The notes beneath the pieces were generated by a model. It saw only the letters and a list, made by a program, of their open reading frames with translations. It did no database searches and had not been told where the DNA came from. Both the position numbers and the translations under genes were made by a program. From Paraspadella gotoi (lineage: Eukaryota > Animalia > Chaetognatha): a DNA stretch of 64,000 bases. Within the stretch, counting starts at the first letter, position 1; each line of letters opens with the position of its first letter. This document shows, piece after piece, positions 13,900 to 27,385 of this stretch. The stretch covers positions 21,341,045 through 21,405,044 of the forward strand of contig CM119264.1 of NCBI GenBank assembly GCA_051294375.1, in the 5' to 3' direction.

Positions 13900-16800
13900 A
13901 GAGAGAGAGAGAGAGAGAAAGAAAGTCGTAAAAAAATTACGTGGAAAAAGTTACACTCTGAGATTGGCGATGAAGGAAGAGGAAACGAGAAGAACAAACA
14001 ACGACACCATGAACTTGAGCAAACGGAAGAAAAAAAAAGGAGAAAAAGAAAAGAAAAAAATAGAAAAGAAGAAAGAAAACGGAACCAATCCCAGAAGTAA
14101 TAAAAGAAAGAGGGAAGCGAACTACGCGGCAGTAAAAGTGAGGCGAAAGGGGCAAAAAAGGATGAAAGCGAAGGAGAGAACAAACAAAAGAGCCAGGGTA
14201 AAGCATCAGGTAAAACGGAAATGAAAGGAAGCGAGAAAAAAAAAGAGAGAGAAAAAAAATATAAAGAGAAAGAGAAAGAGAGATAGAAAGAAAGAGAAAG
14301 TCACAGCCAGGCAGGTAGACATCAGACAGAGAGACAGTCGAAGAGCGACAGAAAGCGAGAGAGACAGAAAAGGGAATAAGAATGAGACCGCCCATATTTG
14401 CGGATGATTTGCGGAACGAGATCCGGCGTCGATTTCCAGCGACTACTTCCGGTTTGGTTCCATCGATTTCCGGTTCGGTTCCATCAAGTTCCGGTTTGGT
14501 TCCACCCCCTACGCCGGCTCCATTCCATCGACGTTTGTCGCCATCCTCCCTGACGTTTCTTGTAGAAGAAGACATTAAAAGAAAAAGGAAAAAAAAAGCG
14601 GATTCATTTGGTAGTCGGGTTTTTTTTGGCGACGTTTTTGTCAAAGTTATCTCGAGATTGGAAAGAGATGACAAGGATAAAGCCTCGACAAATCCTCGGT
14701 TCCGTCGTCGTTGCGTTTCCTTTCAAAACCAAATTAACGACATCAATGCGAGAAAAACATGAATTGATCTCAATTCCTGAAACTTAATGACGGAATAAGA
14801 ACTTATTTGAGTTAAACTTATATATTAATAAAATATAAACTCTGATTAATCTCGACGCTAATGTTATTGTACAAAATACAATGACCTCTCAAGAGAATTG
14901 ATAAATGACTTTGTAAATTCAAAAATATATCTTTGAATTTGTTTTTTAGCAATTACTACATCGAGATACTAAAGATTTACACTTTGATTTTTCATCAACC
15001 TTATCATTCGAAAATGAAAAACGTTTCGTTCATTCTCGGCCAGGTTCCATTTATCTCTTTATCCATTTTCACTTTTTCACTTTCACTTAGTCACCCACTC
15101 CGCGATTCACTCATTTATTTCCAGCTCGGCCGAACATCGGGAAGGTGAGTTATCACGGAGCAAACTCAATATTTTATGCAAGAACAAAAAAAAAACAAAC
15201 CAAAGATTCTTCGTCGGCATTCGTGGCAAAGAGACTCCTTTCCCCCCACCATTCCCCCCCACCATTCCCCCCTAGTTACATGTGTTTCACTCTAGTTGCG
15301 ACCGCAACTCTTCTATCCCTTCCTCCCCCCAAACCTTTTCCACGCGTTTCCCTCTCGTTACCCGTCGCAGATTTAAAACGTTAAAATGGGAAATTTATGG
15401 CGCCGAAGCGATGTTACGGGCGGCGGCCGACTGGCGCGGCGGGCGCCGGAACTTAGGCGACGCGCAGGTACGGCGTCTTATCGTCGTCGGCGTTGGTAAC
15501 CACGGCAACGCGAAATCGTCGGGAAGACGATGACGCGAAGGGCGCCCAGCGTCTCTGCATCTCTCTATCAATACATATAACTTCATCCCCAGATTCAAAA
15601 ACCGAGTTAAAGTGTAGGGGGGGGGGAGAATTTGACGGTTGAAAGGAATAAAATCCCATCGAAATAAGCGGTAAAACCGAGAAAAGTCGATGGGGCGCGA
15701 AAGAAACGGCCTCTGAATGAAGAAGAGGGGAAAGAGTTAAGGGAGGTACATGCTGGTAGAATATGGAGACATATCACATGGATTGGCTTGTCGAAGTTAG
15801 GGTGACGTGGTGAGTAAATGAAGTGAGTAGTTGGGGGACCGAAGCAACGTAATAGGGCGCGAAATGTTGCGACGTGGGGCTCATTTGAATGCCGGTGCAG
15901 GATTTGTCGCAGCTTTGTGAGAAATGGAGAGACATTTCGAGTATTGGACTCCGGTCAGTGCGAAAGTCCAGACTGACCTTGACGCATTGACTCTCTACGA
16001 TTCCATAAGAACTATGATAAGAATGCTCTCTGACAGTCATCATCGATAATTGGTCAGTCTCTAGCGACAAGTGATTGAAATAGTCGAAATAATCCTATTT
16101 CGTTATTTTGATACAGAGAAAATGGTACAGAAAAATACCTGAGATTTATTTTTTTCATCATAAATAAAAAAGTGCTTAGCATCTGTTCACATCTCCAAAC
16201 CTCATTCCACATAATTACTATGACAACTGTTTTCATCCCTCAAAATAGTAAGAGGTTTCAAACCCCACGCCCACCCGAGAGTCGCCCTTCGTCTTTTTCC
16301 TTTTTCCTTCTTCTCTCTCGACGCTAAGGCAAGGAATCACGTGACATCTGGAGGCAAAAAGAGATCACGGTCGCAAATGAGATTAGCAACGGCGTCGAAG
16401 ATTATGGCAATAAAGGTGAGGATTAGCGACGGTGAGCTTGGGGGAGATAGCAATAAAGGTGAAGATTAGTGCCGGCAACATAGCCTATGTTTTTTTTTTC
16501 GTTTTTTTTTTTAATCGGTCAGTTTTGATCGGCAAGGACCCTTGTCGTTGTACTCCCTGATGAAAGTCATATTCTGCCAACAAAAGTTGTTCTAAAATTT
16601 AAATTAAATTCACATTATTCATTTTAAATTTTAAGTTTTTAAAATTTTAAATCATCTCTCAACCATCAACCCGAACCTGACCGTACCGGACATTTACCTC
16701 AAATAAAATAAATTCTTATGATCCTCGACTGCTCCTCAAATCACTAATCTGACTTGGAAGCCGGAGTACAAGAGTCTTTGCCGAATGTCCAGTCGAAACC

Positions 16801-18812
16801 GATAGACGAGTGATTTTTTTTAAACCGAAAAAAGAAAAAAAAAAGTTCGGTCCGCCTTTAAAAACGAGAGCGACTCGAACGCGCTTCTCTATAAATAGCA
16901 TCAATCACGAAAGAAATATAGAAAACGAGACGAAGAGAGAGAAAAAAAAAACTTGAAAATTGTCCGTGAAGACTGCAGACGTGAGAAGCGGCAAAGATAA
17001 AAGGCTTCGCATCGGCGAAGGTTAATCACTATTAAACGTTCAGCTAGCTAGCTGTAGCTTGAAAATCTTAACGTTTCATGAAATTGTTGGAGTGAGTAGA
17101 CGAATTGCAACCACTGAAGAAAATACATTGACTTGTTAAATAGCGAAACTAAATACGGTAAACATAAGGAGAAAATGTTTAGGTTTTAAGTCGCCTCGGC
17201 AAAGCCAAAGTTCTGGTCTTCTTAAGAGGTCAAATCAAAGCAAAGTAAACCTGAGTGGCTTTCCTTGTTTTGGGGGGAAGTTGGGTGAAGTTTAAGGGTT
17301 GAATGGAAGGAAGATAGAACGAAGGCGGATTTTTCCTTTAAATAATTAATGGGTGTTTATCCCTTCTGGTCGCAGGGAATAAACGCAGGGGAATGTGTCT
17401 GGCACTTGGGTCGCCATATGATCGGGTGCTGGGTTTCTAGGGAAAAACGCGAGAATAAAAAATATAAAAAAAACATCATTGTTTTTACGTGTTTTTTTTT
17501 AATTCTCAAACTTTGGGTAAACTTTAGTACGGTAATGAAAATCCATATTTCACAGTCAAAATTAATAATCATAATATAACGAAATATTCTAGGATCTTTC
17601 CAAAACCCTAGAAAGTTATTAAATATTGCCATTGAAATCGTCAAATTAACTTTCATTTTCTTAAATCTTAAAAGTTATTCCTGATTTTGTATCCATTTCA
17701 TCTGTGATCTGTGGTAAATGGTGATTCGGTCCCGGGATTCAGTGATTCGTCAAATGCTGTTGAGATTCCGAGATGGGATTTCGCGTTGAATTCGTCTCGG
17801 GATTCGGTGATTCGTTTCTATCCCTGGAGAGATGGGAGGAACCCGTCAGCGCGACTCAATAATTCAGCAGCAAGAAAAATGACGGAGGAAAAGAAAAGGA
17901 GAAGAGGAAAGAGAAAAGAGAAATGACGGAAGAAGAAACTTGAATCAAGAAATGAGGAAGACTTGAAAGATTAACGGATGCGATTGGCGGATTAAGGGTT
18001 CAAAAAGAAGAAGACTTGAAAGATTAACAGATGCGATTGGCGGATTAAGGGTTCAAAAAGAAGACGACTTGAAAGATTAACAGATGCGATTAGTGGATTA
18101 AGGGTTCAAAAAGAAGAACACTTGAAAGATTAACGAATGCAATTGGCAGATTAAGGGTTCAAAAAGAATAAGACTTGAAAGATTAACGGATGCGATTGGC
18201 GGATTAAGGGTTCAAAAATAATAAGACTTGAAAGATTAATGAATGCGATTGGCGGATTAAGGATTCAAAAAGAAAAAGACTTGAAAGACTAATGGATGCG
18301 ATTGGCGGATTAAGGGTTCAAAAAGAGGAAGACTTGAAAGATTAACGGATGCAATTGGCAGATTAAGGGTTCAAAAAGAATAAGACTTGAAAGATTAAAG
18401 AATGTGATGGGTGGATTAAGAGTTCAAAAAGAAGAAGACTTGAAAGATTAACAGATGCGATTGGGGGATTAAGGGTTCAAATAGAAGAAGACTTGAAAGA
18501 TTAACGGATGCGATTGGCGGATGAAGGGTTCAAAAAGAAGAAGAGTTGATTGCGATTGAAAACAAAGACAATTTTGATTTTTTTTTACTTAGTTTGTCTT
18601 TCTTCTATACATTCTGTTTTTTTTTTAAATTGCGTATTAGACAAAAAAAGGAAAATAAAACTAAAAAAAAGACGTTTAAATTGCTACCCCTTACAATGAA
18701 TATTTTTTAGCAGAATTAGGAGAAATTTGGATTTTGGTGGAAGGCGGGTTGTTATAAATTTGGGATTCACAGACCTCGATTCATCGATAAAGATTCGTTC
18801 GTCAATGTTTCA
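9649..18812 (+). repeat. Copy 2 of the ~9.3-kb direct duplication
   Basis: Colinear with 279-9623 from its first base after the gap to GTCAATGTTTCA at 18812, then continues into unique sequence. Differs by homopolymer indels, a few SNPs and several ~10-26-bp indels. Confidence 0.95.
17960..18542. repeat. 53-bp minisatellite, 11 units (copy 2)
   Basis: Unit starts at 17960, 18013, 18066, 18119, 18172, 18225, 18278, 18331, 18384, 18437 and 18490: exact 53-bp period, no spacers. Confidence 0.95.
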
Positions 18813-20124
18813 TTAAACTATTTAATTTTTAACGATTAATTCATTCGTTTAGAGGGGCGATAAAATTTATATTGTCAGAACCGAGAGTTTTGTTTTATTC
18901 CCTAGAATTATCGTCGCGTTTAATCGCGTCCGTTAAACACGTATAATTTAACATATTACCAACTCTATAAAAAGTGGTGTCCGTGGACTGTGACTCTATT
19001 CATACAGTTTCTTAAAACAAATCACATTAAGTTATGGCGACTGGCCGTCTCCCCCAACACACTCTACCCCCCTCTCTCTCTCTCTTCGATAAACCCCGGG
19101 TCCTGGGAGCCTTTTACTCCATTGCCATGTGCAATAAATCAAATGAGGGCAACACCGACGGCTTAATACGATTATGAAGGAGAAACACTGAGAAACTCGA
19201 CATTAATGAATTTAGCGGAAAAAGCATTGGATTGCCGCCGCCTGCCGTCGCCTGCCGCCGCCACCTCGGGGTATTGTGGTCTAAGGGAGCGCCCGTCTCG
19301 TCTGCGAAAACAAGTGGAGCCACACCCCTGGAGGATTTTTTTTTTCTGAAATAAAAGAGACAATTTGACAATTAAGACAATAAGAAGATTAAACGATTTG
19401 AAACAATATGACATTTAAACAATAAATGAGTATTGAGCAAGACTAATTGCACTAATGGCACTAAAAATAAAATTCAAACAATTAAGGATCATTGCGGACA
19501 TTGCAAATTGGAAAAGTACTAAGTATATCAATGAAAATCCTGAGTGAATATTATCATTATGGTTCCTAACCTTTACACTAGGCCATTTGCCATTTTTTTT
19601 TTTTAGTCATAGACAGAAACTTGGCAAATGAAAAACACGAGTAAATACTATCATTATGGTACCTAACATTTATACTAAGAGGATAGTGGAGGATCGTGGG
19701 TAAAAGAAGTATTGAGTGTTTATTTTCGTCAGTCAATTAATTTTCTATTTATGTTGACCAAAAAATTATGAATAAATATCAAAACATAAATGTGAAAAAT
19801 TTTAATTCAGCGAATTAAATGTTGAAATTGAAAATAAATTAATCATAACATTTCTATGGATGCGTCAAAATTAAAACGTTTATTTTCCCGAAATTGAAAA
19901 AAAAATGTTTTCCCTTTGAAAAAGTCATTTTCAAAAACTTTTTAAAAACTTTTTGAAAATTTATATTGTGTATTGTCAGCTGAAAACGAAAATAAACAAA
20001 AAATAAACAAAAAACAAAAAACCAAAGGCATTCACGGACTCCCTGGCCTTTTATTCGCTTCCCCGCAACATCATTAAAACAATAACGCGAAAGAATATGG
20101 CGAAATTGCCGCCTCACGTCCGCT

Positions 20125-20158
20125 ATGACCGTTAAAAAGGGTCGTAAGAAGGAGAAAG
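20125..20158 (+). CDS. Candidate first coding exon MTVKKGRKKEK (phase-1 donor)
   Basis: ATG at 20125, 11 codons plus 1 nt, then a perfect donor AAG|GTAAGT. The downstream partner is uncertain. Confidence 0.35.
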
Positions 20159-20721
20159 GTAAGTCGCCTAGCCGAGATTGGGAACAGGTTTTAGCTTCAG
20201 AGTTGAATGAAGGAACTCAGTCACCGTGAAAGAAAAACGTCCGAGTTACCGGAGAAGAATGAAGCGATGGGGATGGAGGGCAGGGGGGGGAGCGTTGGAG
20301 TGTGGGTGAGGGAGAAAAAGGTAGTTGAGACACCTGGAGAGCCAGTGGCGAGATTATAACGGCGAAGAGCTTAAATTAGTGAAGAAATTGATGTGAACGG
20401 GAGGGTGGTGAATGGCGATCTTGTATAACGACGAGGCGCCATCTTGTTTTAATGAGAGGAAAGAGAATAGCGTGGATGGAGGCGCAGAATTTAGACTGAT
20501 TTGTCAGTGACATCAAGATAACTGGGAGGAAATAAGGTGTCACTATAAAAAGTGATAAAATAGTCTATGGTGTCACAAATCATGATAGGATTATAAATTT
20601 TGGCATTGATTATAGAACGTTGGTAAAAAAAATTGGCAAAAACGCAATTGAACTTGAAATTTGTCAATGTGATCCTCCACGATGTCGCCCCCATCTGGAT
20701 GACGCGTCTGAGCGGCGCTTC

Positions 20722-20723
<2 letters not shown>

Positions 20724-20816
<93 letters not shown>
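20724..20816. repeat. (CT)n microsatellite
   Basis: Perfect CT run of ~90 bp, representative of dozens of AG/CT tracts in the window (e.g. 1082-1176, 1384-1478, 4760-4838, 24810-24915, 51116-51270). Confidence 0.95.
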
Positions 20817-20818
<2 letters not shown>

Positions 20819-22503
20819 ACGAATGAGACGTTCTATCCTTTTTACTGCGCTGCTAATGGAAATGCGATATCGGGACTGAGAGAGAGAACGAAGGGGTGAT
20901 CTGAATGATCTGAATGTGAGGGAGTTGAACGTTGAGAGGATGAATAGAAAAAAACTTGAATAGAGAGGAGCGGATGAGAAGAACGGAAATGAAGATAGGT
21001 GAGAAAAAGAGAGATATATGAGAATAAGAAAGAGAATAGAGAGATTAAAGATGAGTTTGAAGGGAGTATGAAAACAAAGGAAAAGTGAACCATGCGATGT
21101 TATGATTTGGAGAAAGAAGAAGATCGTGAGGACTGAATAAAATAAATAAATTGATTTGATATTTACGGAATAAAGTTAAAGGCTGAAGAGGTGGGAGAAA
21201 GAGAGGGCGAGGAGAACCAAAAAAAAATAGAAAAAGTAAGAAAAACGAGGAGAAAGGAAGAGACAGAGAGAGAATTCGGAGTAAGAAAAACGTAGCATGA
21301 AGAATGGAAGGGAACGAACCAGAAAGAGAGAGGTGAGGTCCCAAAAAAAAAGAAAAGGATGAAGAAGGGAAAGTAAAAGGAAACGACAGACAAGGGAAGT
21401 CTGGTTCGAGTCGGGGGAAAGTGAAATGAAGTGTAAAACAAAGAATCGAGCGAATTGTGAAATTGGTAAAGAATGGGAAAGCGACGTCCAGGATCACGGA
21501 AATGACAGAGTGGCTGCTGTCGGAACTGCGGAACCAATCAAATCTGACAAGCAGCTTACACGGACATTCGAAACTTTGAGCCGCCACTTAATTAACTTAA
21601 TTAACTTAATTAACTTTCCAATTTTTTAAACCATGAATTAATTTGTTTTAAATATAAATCGATTGAGACAAAAAACAAAATCGGTCTTTAAAATTCGGGA
21701 TGAAATATTGAAATGTTGTGAGTAACCTAAACTAATCTCTGATCGGAGCTAATAGGTCGCAGGTCGCTGGACCAATCCATGATGTTGTTTTAGCCAGTTA
21801 GTAAATTATCCTCTTGTCGTCATCCGACTGCCGACCGGAACTCATGTGACAAGAGTTCACTGACCCTGTGACGATTTTACCGATGAAGTGATCCATTGTG
21901 CTTCAATACTGGCGACCTCACCCAGATCAAAAAAGGTTCCAAAAGTGACCCCTTAGGCCACATTCAGTTCGATGGAATTCATTTTCTAGTTTTGTCTTCG
22001 TTTTCCATTTGATTTTTTTAAAATTCAATTTGCTATTTACAAATTATGGTTTGGAAGAACTATTATTCCAAGAGAAAAAAAAAACAATTGGCAACCTTTT
22101 TTTTGTTTCTTCTTCGTTTCGTCCAAATTTCTTTCCGAATTTTCGTCTTCCTAATTTCCCACGTTCTCTTCACATCCCGCGGGTTTTCGTTCGACCCCTG
22201 ATGACCCCTTCGTTCAAACTCTTCTCGCCCTCATGCCCCCCTCCCTCTTCTGATCCTCCCACAAGTTTGCCCTCCGGTGGCATCCCTTTTCCTCTGTCAC
22301 TCGAACTGACCCTTCACCTTTCCTCCGAACCTCTCGGCTACGCATTTCCTCTACATCAACGCCGCAGTGCCTTTCTTCTTGACGAGTCCTTCCGAATCAC
22401 GCTTAGAAAGTCAGACCCCGTAGACACTGCCAACCAATGTCCGGTTCAATCCAACGCTTTTCCTCTTCTCACACCGCGGGCAATTATCATCCTTCCTCTC
22501 GAG

Positions 22504-22605
22504 AGTCGATGTTGAATCGGTGCAAGTTTCGCCGCCGGGGTTGCCGGACGTCGTCGTCGACGCAACTGACGTCCGTGCCGACGCCGCTGCTCCGCCTCTG
22601 CCCAG
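22504..22605 (+). CDS. Candidate 102-nt symmetric internal exon
   Basis: GC-rich island after a long pyrimidine tract, ending CCCAG|GTACTT. Open in phase 1 (ESMLNRCKFRRRGC...LRLCP) and phase 2 (VDVESVQVSPPGLPDVVVDATD...). The acceptor (CGAG) is weak. Confidence 0.3.
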
Positions 22606-23263
22606 GTACTTTTCCAATCTTTCTTCATTCATTATTCATCTTGAGTTTACCGATCTCGGAAACAGCCGATCCACCCCGCCCCTTTTTTCATCCCCACTTC
22701 AGGTCTTTTCTCTTTTCTAAGATTTTGACTCACCAACACCTTACCCCCAACGAACTTACCTCCCAGGCCATCGACTCCGTTTTTGCTTTGTTTGTTGTCC
22801 GACGCTTGAAAAGTTTATCAAGTTTCATCGATTTCTCGGCATCGCGTTTTTTTTTTCATTTTTTGCGCCGGGAAATTAAAAAAAAACATTAGCATAATAT
22901 TTTTTTAAACTGTTTCACCATACTGTACGTATTTATGCACACGATACCAAATGAAAAAATGTATAAAAAGAAAAGAAATTTACAATTAAAAGTTTTAAAT
23001 GTACTTATTTTTCGTAAATACCGCCAGAGAAACAAAGAGAAACAAAAAGCATCATAGAACCTATTAAATTAAATTAAAAATAAACAGAATCGTGTGAAAG
23101 CAGTATTTTAAATCGACATAGTCGTAGTCTGACTTGGGTTTTGGGCAACGAGCCTTACGCCTCCGAAGCCAGCAACGTTGTCCCCTGGGATCAATTTGAT
23201 TTCTTCCTACGTTTCCTGCAGCTTTCTCAGTTCTCACCTGTGCAGGGAAACACTCGAAATAAT

Positions 23264-23310
<47 letters not shown>

Positions 23311-23350
23311 CTTACTCCACTTTAACCATCAACTACGTTCTCTGGACATA

Positions 23351-24201
23351 CCCCGTGTCCGTTCTCGAGTGACACCAAAAACATCTTTACTTTACTTTAA
23401 ATATTTAATAAGCGTAATTCATAAATATATCATTAGTTGGAGAACTACTTGACGTTTTTTATGTATAAGTTTCATTTCGTGTTTAATTTTTAATCTAACA
23501 CAGTAAAATTGGCAAAAAAAGACCATTTTAGGCGTGTTCTTGATTGAATTTTAAAAATAATTGAAATAATCATCGCAGGAGTATCAAGCCACCAGAATCA
23601 AATCGGATCGGAGGCTCGGTCGATCTCCGCAGGAAATGGAATCGCCGAATCCTGATGAACCAGAATCGACCAATCAGCTTGCAGAATCATTGGAACTGTA
23701 AATTTTACCCACGTCGCCGATCCTCTTCCCTAGATATAAATAAACTTAGTTTGTCATAAAAATCCCTATTAATGGTCTAATCAATGGCGTATCTGTATTA
23801 TCATAATGTTGAGTAATTTCTGAGTAATGATGTTTTATTTAATTTTTTAATTGTAAATCTTAAGTTTTTTTTATACAATTCGTTCAATTAGAACAAAATG
23901 CTGTCCTGAGCATGTTCTTGACTGTTTTGAATAATTATTTTACATCGTAAAGATTCCCAACTAATTCCTTATATATTTATAATTTTAAGTAATGAGTAAT
24001 TAATTTATAATGATTTTCTTTTTTTAAAAGATTCAGTTTTTTACTGAAGATGAAATTGGATGACCATTAAAGAAAAGTTGTTTTACATAAGTAATATCAA
24101 ATTAATCTTATGAAATTAAAATATAATAAACGTCCAGTACTTTGCTACAGAATGAGAAATGGTACGCATTTTTTGGGTGTCACTCGCGAACGGACACGGG
24201 G
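23351..24201. mobile_element. 851-bp non-autonomous TIR element (MITE-like, TA target site, Tc1/mariner-superfamily type)
   Basis: TA|CCCCGTGTCCGTTCTCGAGTGACACCAAAAA ... TTTTTGGGTGTCACTCGCGAACGGACACGGGG|TA: ~26-30-bp TIRs (1 mismatch in the first 26 bp), TA on both sides, AT-rich interior, no transposase ORF. Confidence 0.85.
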
Positions 24202-24840
24202 TAGGATAATCTCACTGTCTCTCTTTCTTTCTTTTAGTCCTTGATTGTTCTTCTGTTCTTGTGTTTATCCCATAAAAATGATTGGAGAAGCAGTGAATAA
24301 TGTTTTCATCGGCAGAAGCACATAGGGATTGAAGGAGAAGCGAAGGAAGGAGGAGAGAGAGAGAGAGGAGAGAAGAGAGAGAGAAGAGAAGAGAGAGAAG
24401 GAGAAGAGAGAGAGAGAGAGAGACGAGAAATGATGAGGAGAGAGAGAGAGAGAGTTCTTTAAACTTGTTTTACTTATACCCTTTTTATTTTTCCAGTCGT
24501 TGGTTTTATTCTCTTATCTATTTTCTAGAGTAGGATTTCGTTCCTTTTTTTCTTTTTCGATAAAATGAAAAAACTGAAAAGTTAGTTGCAACATTTGATT
24601 TTCAACGAAATATCCAACTTAAAAAATAAACAGCTTTTTTACGAAATTGTAACTCGAAAAAAGAAATGCAAATTTGTCGCCTTCGTCAAAGTTTCACGCA
24701 AGACTGTGCCTTTTCGTAAATTTCTCAGTATAATTTTGTTCTTTTTTTCTTGTTTATGTCGTTTTTCTAAAAGAGACATCTCGTATTCTCTCCCCCGCTC
24801 TCCTTCCTCTCTCTCTCTCTCTCTCTCTTCTCTCTCCTCT

Positions 24841-24892
<52 letters not shown>

Positions 24893-25988
24893 GTCTCTCT
24901 CTCTCTCTCTCTCTCCCAGACTCCCAGACTCTCTCTTGCCTTCCCTCCTTTTTCTCTGTTTCTCTTTCCTCGTTTTATCTTGTTTTTCCTCTTCGGATCA
25001 ACAACAAACGATATAAGCGTCGCGTCGACGTTTCCATAGCAACCCCGCGTCCCGTTTGGCGTAGATCCATCTCTGCACTCCCGCTCCATCTGCTGCTGTT
25101 GTTGCACCCAACTTCTCTCCTCTTCTGTGCTCTTGTATCTTCATCTAGCTTTTTTTTGTTCATGTTTAATATCTTTCTGATGTGACCATATTTTTCCTAA
25201 TTCGCAGTAGATTTTTACTTATCATTCGAGCCGAAGGTTAAATTGTCTAACGAAACTATAGCTTTTGAAAAGACCACAACAACAACGATACCGACGACAA
25301 AAGCGACAAAGGTATCGACCAACAAAAGAAAGAAGGCGAATAAAAAGAAGAGCAACGATAACGACAACAAAAAAGGCGAAGACAACCGCACAACAGCGTC
25401 AAAACAACAGTCGAAGTAATAGTTGCCGCAATGTCAAAAACAGCGACGACAACGAGAAATACATGAACGACGAGGAGCCATGATTGTATCGGCGCCATTC
25501 GCTTTTTCAGATTTGAAATTTTTTTTTCTCTCTCTTCTTAAATTTCTTCATTTCTTCTTATCTTTCCAGTTTCCTTCAATTTAAAGAAGAAAAAAAAATC
25601 CGTTTTTTCGTCTCGGTTCCAGAATTTAGATTTTTTCCGATCTTTTCCCCAAAACCCTGCCCCCCTCAATTTCACCCACTGCTTCTGCATAATATTAAAG
25701 GTGGAAAAAATAATTAAAAAACAGGCAAAAGCGAGATTACGGAATAAATTAGAATAAACGCGAAACTTCTCCGATCCTCGCTTTTTTTCTTTTCTTTTTA
25801 TTTCTTACTTAGTAGTTTCATTTTTTTTTTCTTTTTCCCTTTCTCGTTATCTTCCTTTCCTTCTGTTTTGATTTTCCCCTTTCTTTCTCTTTGTATTTGT
25901 TTGTTTGTTATTTTCTCTATTACTCTTTCTATTTTTTCTTTCTCTTCATAAGTTAATTTCTTTCTTTTTTACTTTCTATATTTTTTTT

Positions 25989-25989
<1 letters not shown>

Positions 25990-26066
<77 letters not shown>
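25990..26066. repeat. (CTTT)n microsatellite
   Basis: Perfect tetranucleotide run. Confidence 0.9.
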
Positions 26067-26067
<1 letters not shown>

Positions 26068-26170
26068 CTCTCTTTCCATCCTTTTTCCCCCCTTCATCCC
26101 ACCCGCCGTTATCGAGGTGCTTAAAATGCGCGCCGCTTAATCCCCGTCGCCATTGCAACTATAGACGTCG

Positions 26171-26269
26171 CTGATTGGCTGACGACCCTTCGGTCCGGTC
26201 CGACTGCTCCTATTGGCTGTCGAGCCTCGTCCCTTCGGCAGGTAGTGGGAAGTGACGGAGGAAGTGACG
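26171..26269. promoter_or_regulatory. Promoter-like motif cluster: two reverse CCAAT boxes and two GGAAGTGACG (ETS-like plus TGACG) motifs
   Basis: CTGATTGGCTG at 26171, CTATTGGCTG at 26210, GGAAGTGACG at 26248 and 26260, in a GC-rich island. The same DNA also reads as an open exon, so the call is uncertain. Confidence 0.3.
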
Positions 26270-27385
26270 AGGTCGAACTCTCAAATGATTAATCTTCTCT
26301 TTCGCTAACATTGTTTACGCGTTGTCCAGGCAACGCGTTCGCCTGCAACCGATGGCCGATGCTCTTTTTTTTTCGTTTTTTCTTTTTTTTCCGGAGTGGG
26401 GAGAAAAATAATGGAAAGAGACTTGGGCGACCGCGAAAGGAAGTTACCGACGGACGGATTGATGAATGGATGTACGAAGGGATGGACTGAATGGATAAGT
26501 GGATCTACGGATTTGAGTTAATCGATGTGCGAAAGAGAAACAGTTCAATGACTTGACTTGTGTTCAAAGGGTGTATCCATTATTTAAATTTTTAACAATA
26601 AAACGAATTAATGAATGAATAATGAATAAGTTAATGAGTGAAATGATTTTATGGGTAAAATAGGTAACGTTTGAATAAATTCATATGGTAAGTCGGACTA
26701 ATTAAATCCATTATTTTAAAACGTACTTGATCAATTTCTTTTGAAATCCATTATTTACATATCAAGATATAGATAGTAAGTTGCGAGTTAAGTCTAAAAA
26801 ACATAAATAAAGGGTAAAAGAAAAATCTAATCAGATATAAAGCATTATGTAAAAACTAGTATTAAAGTAAAACAAGAAATGAAAACAGAAGAATGATATG
26901 AGCAAACCGGTGCCGCATTGAATGACAGTATAACGAAGAAAAATTTACTCGTAAATTGTAGGATTTTTTTTCTCAGAGAATAAGTAAAAACGATGATAGA
27001 AGACAGTATCGACAAATGGATTAATAATTGATCGAAAAACTTTACTTTACTTTACTTTACTTTACTTTTACTTACCAGCATAAATAAACTGACCTACCTG
27101 CGCACGCGGGAATCACGGAATCAACTTAACTGTGAGACATCCCTATTTTGAGATGAGAGAACGTAATCCGTCCGGCACAATACCGACTACAATATTAAGG
27201 GGTTTTTATGATTTACCAATTTGATTTATGATTTATGAATTGCAACAACGTCTTATTCAATTTTTTTAAAAGTGAGATTTAAAAACTAAAAAAGCTTTTT
27301 GTGGCGTGGTTTTGAGTTTTATTTTTACATTAATTTTTTGGGTTATTTTTCTTTTCTTTTTTTTTTATCCTGCGCGAATTTCCAG

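Noticed and set aside
22515-22550. CKFRRRGC resembling a TRAF/Sina zinc-finger half-site
   Set aside because: The required downstream His...Cys ligands are absent.
26165-26200. DVADWLTTL resembling the start of a SAM domain
   Set aside because: The following residues do not fit the SAM pattern and the frame ends after 41 codons.
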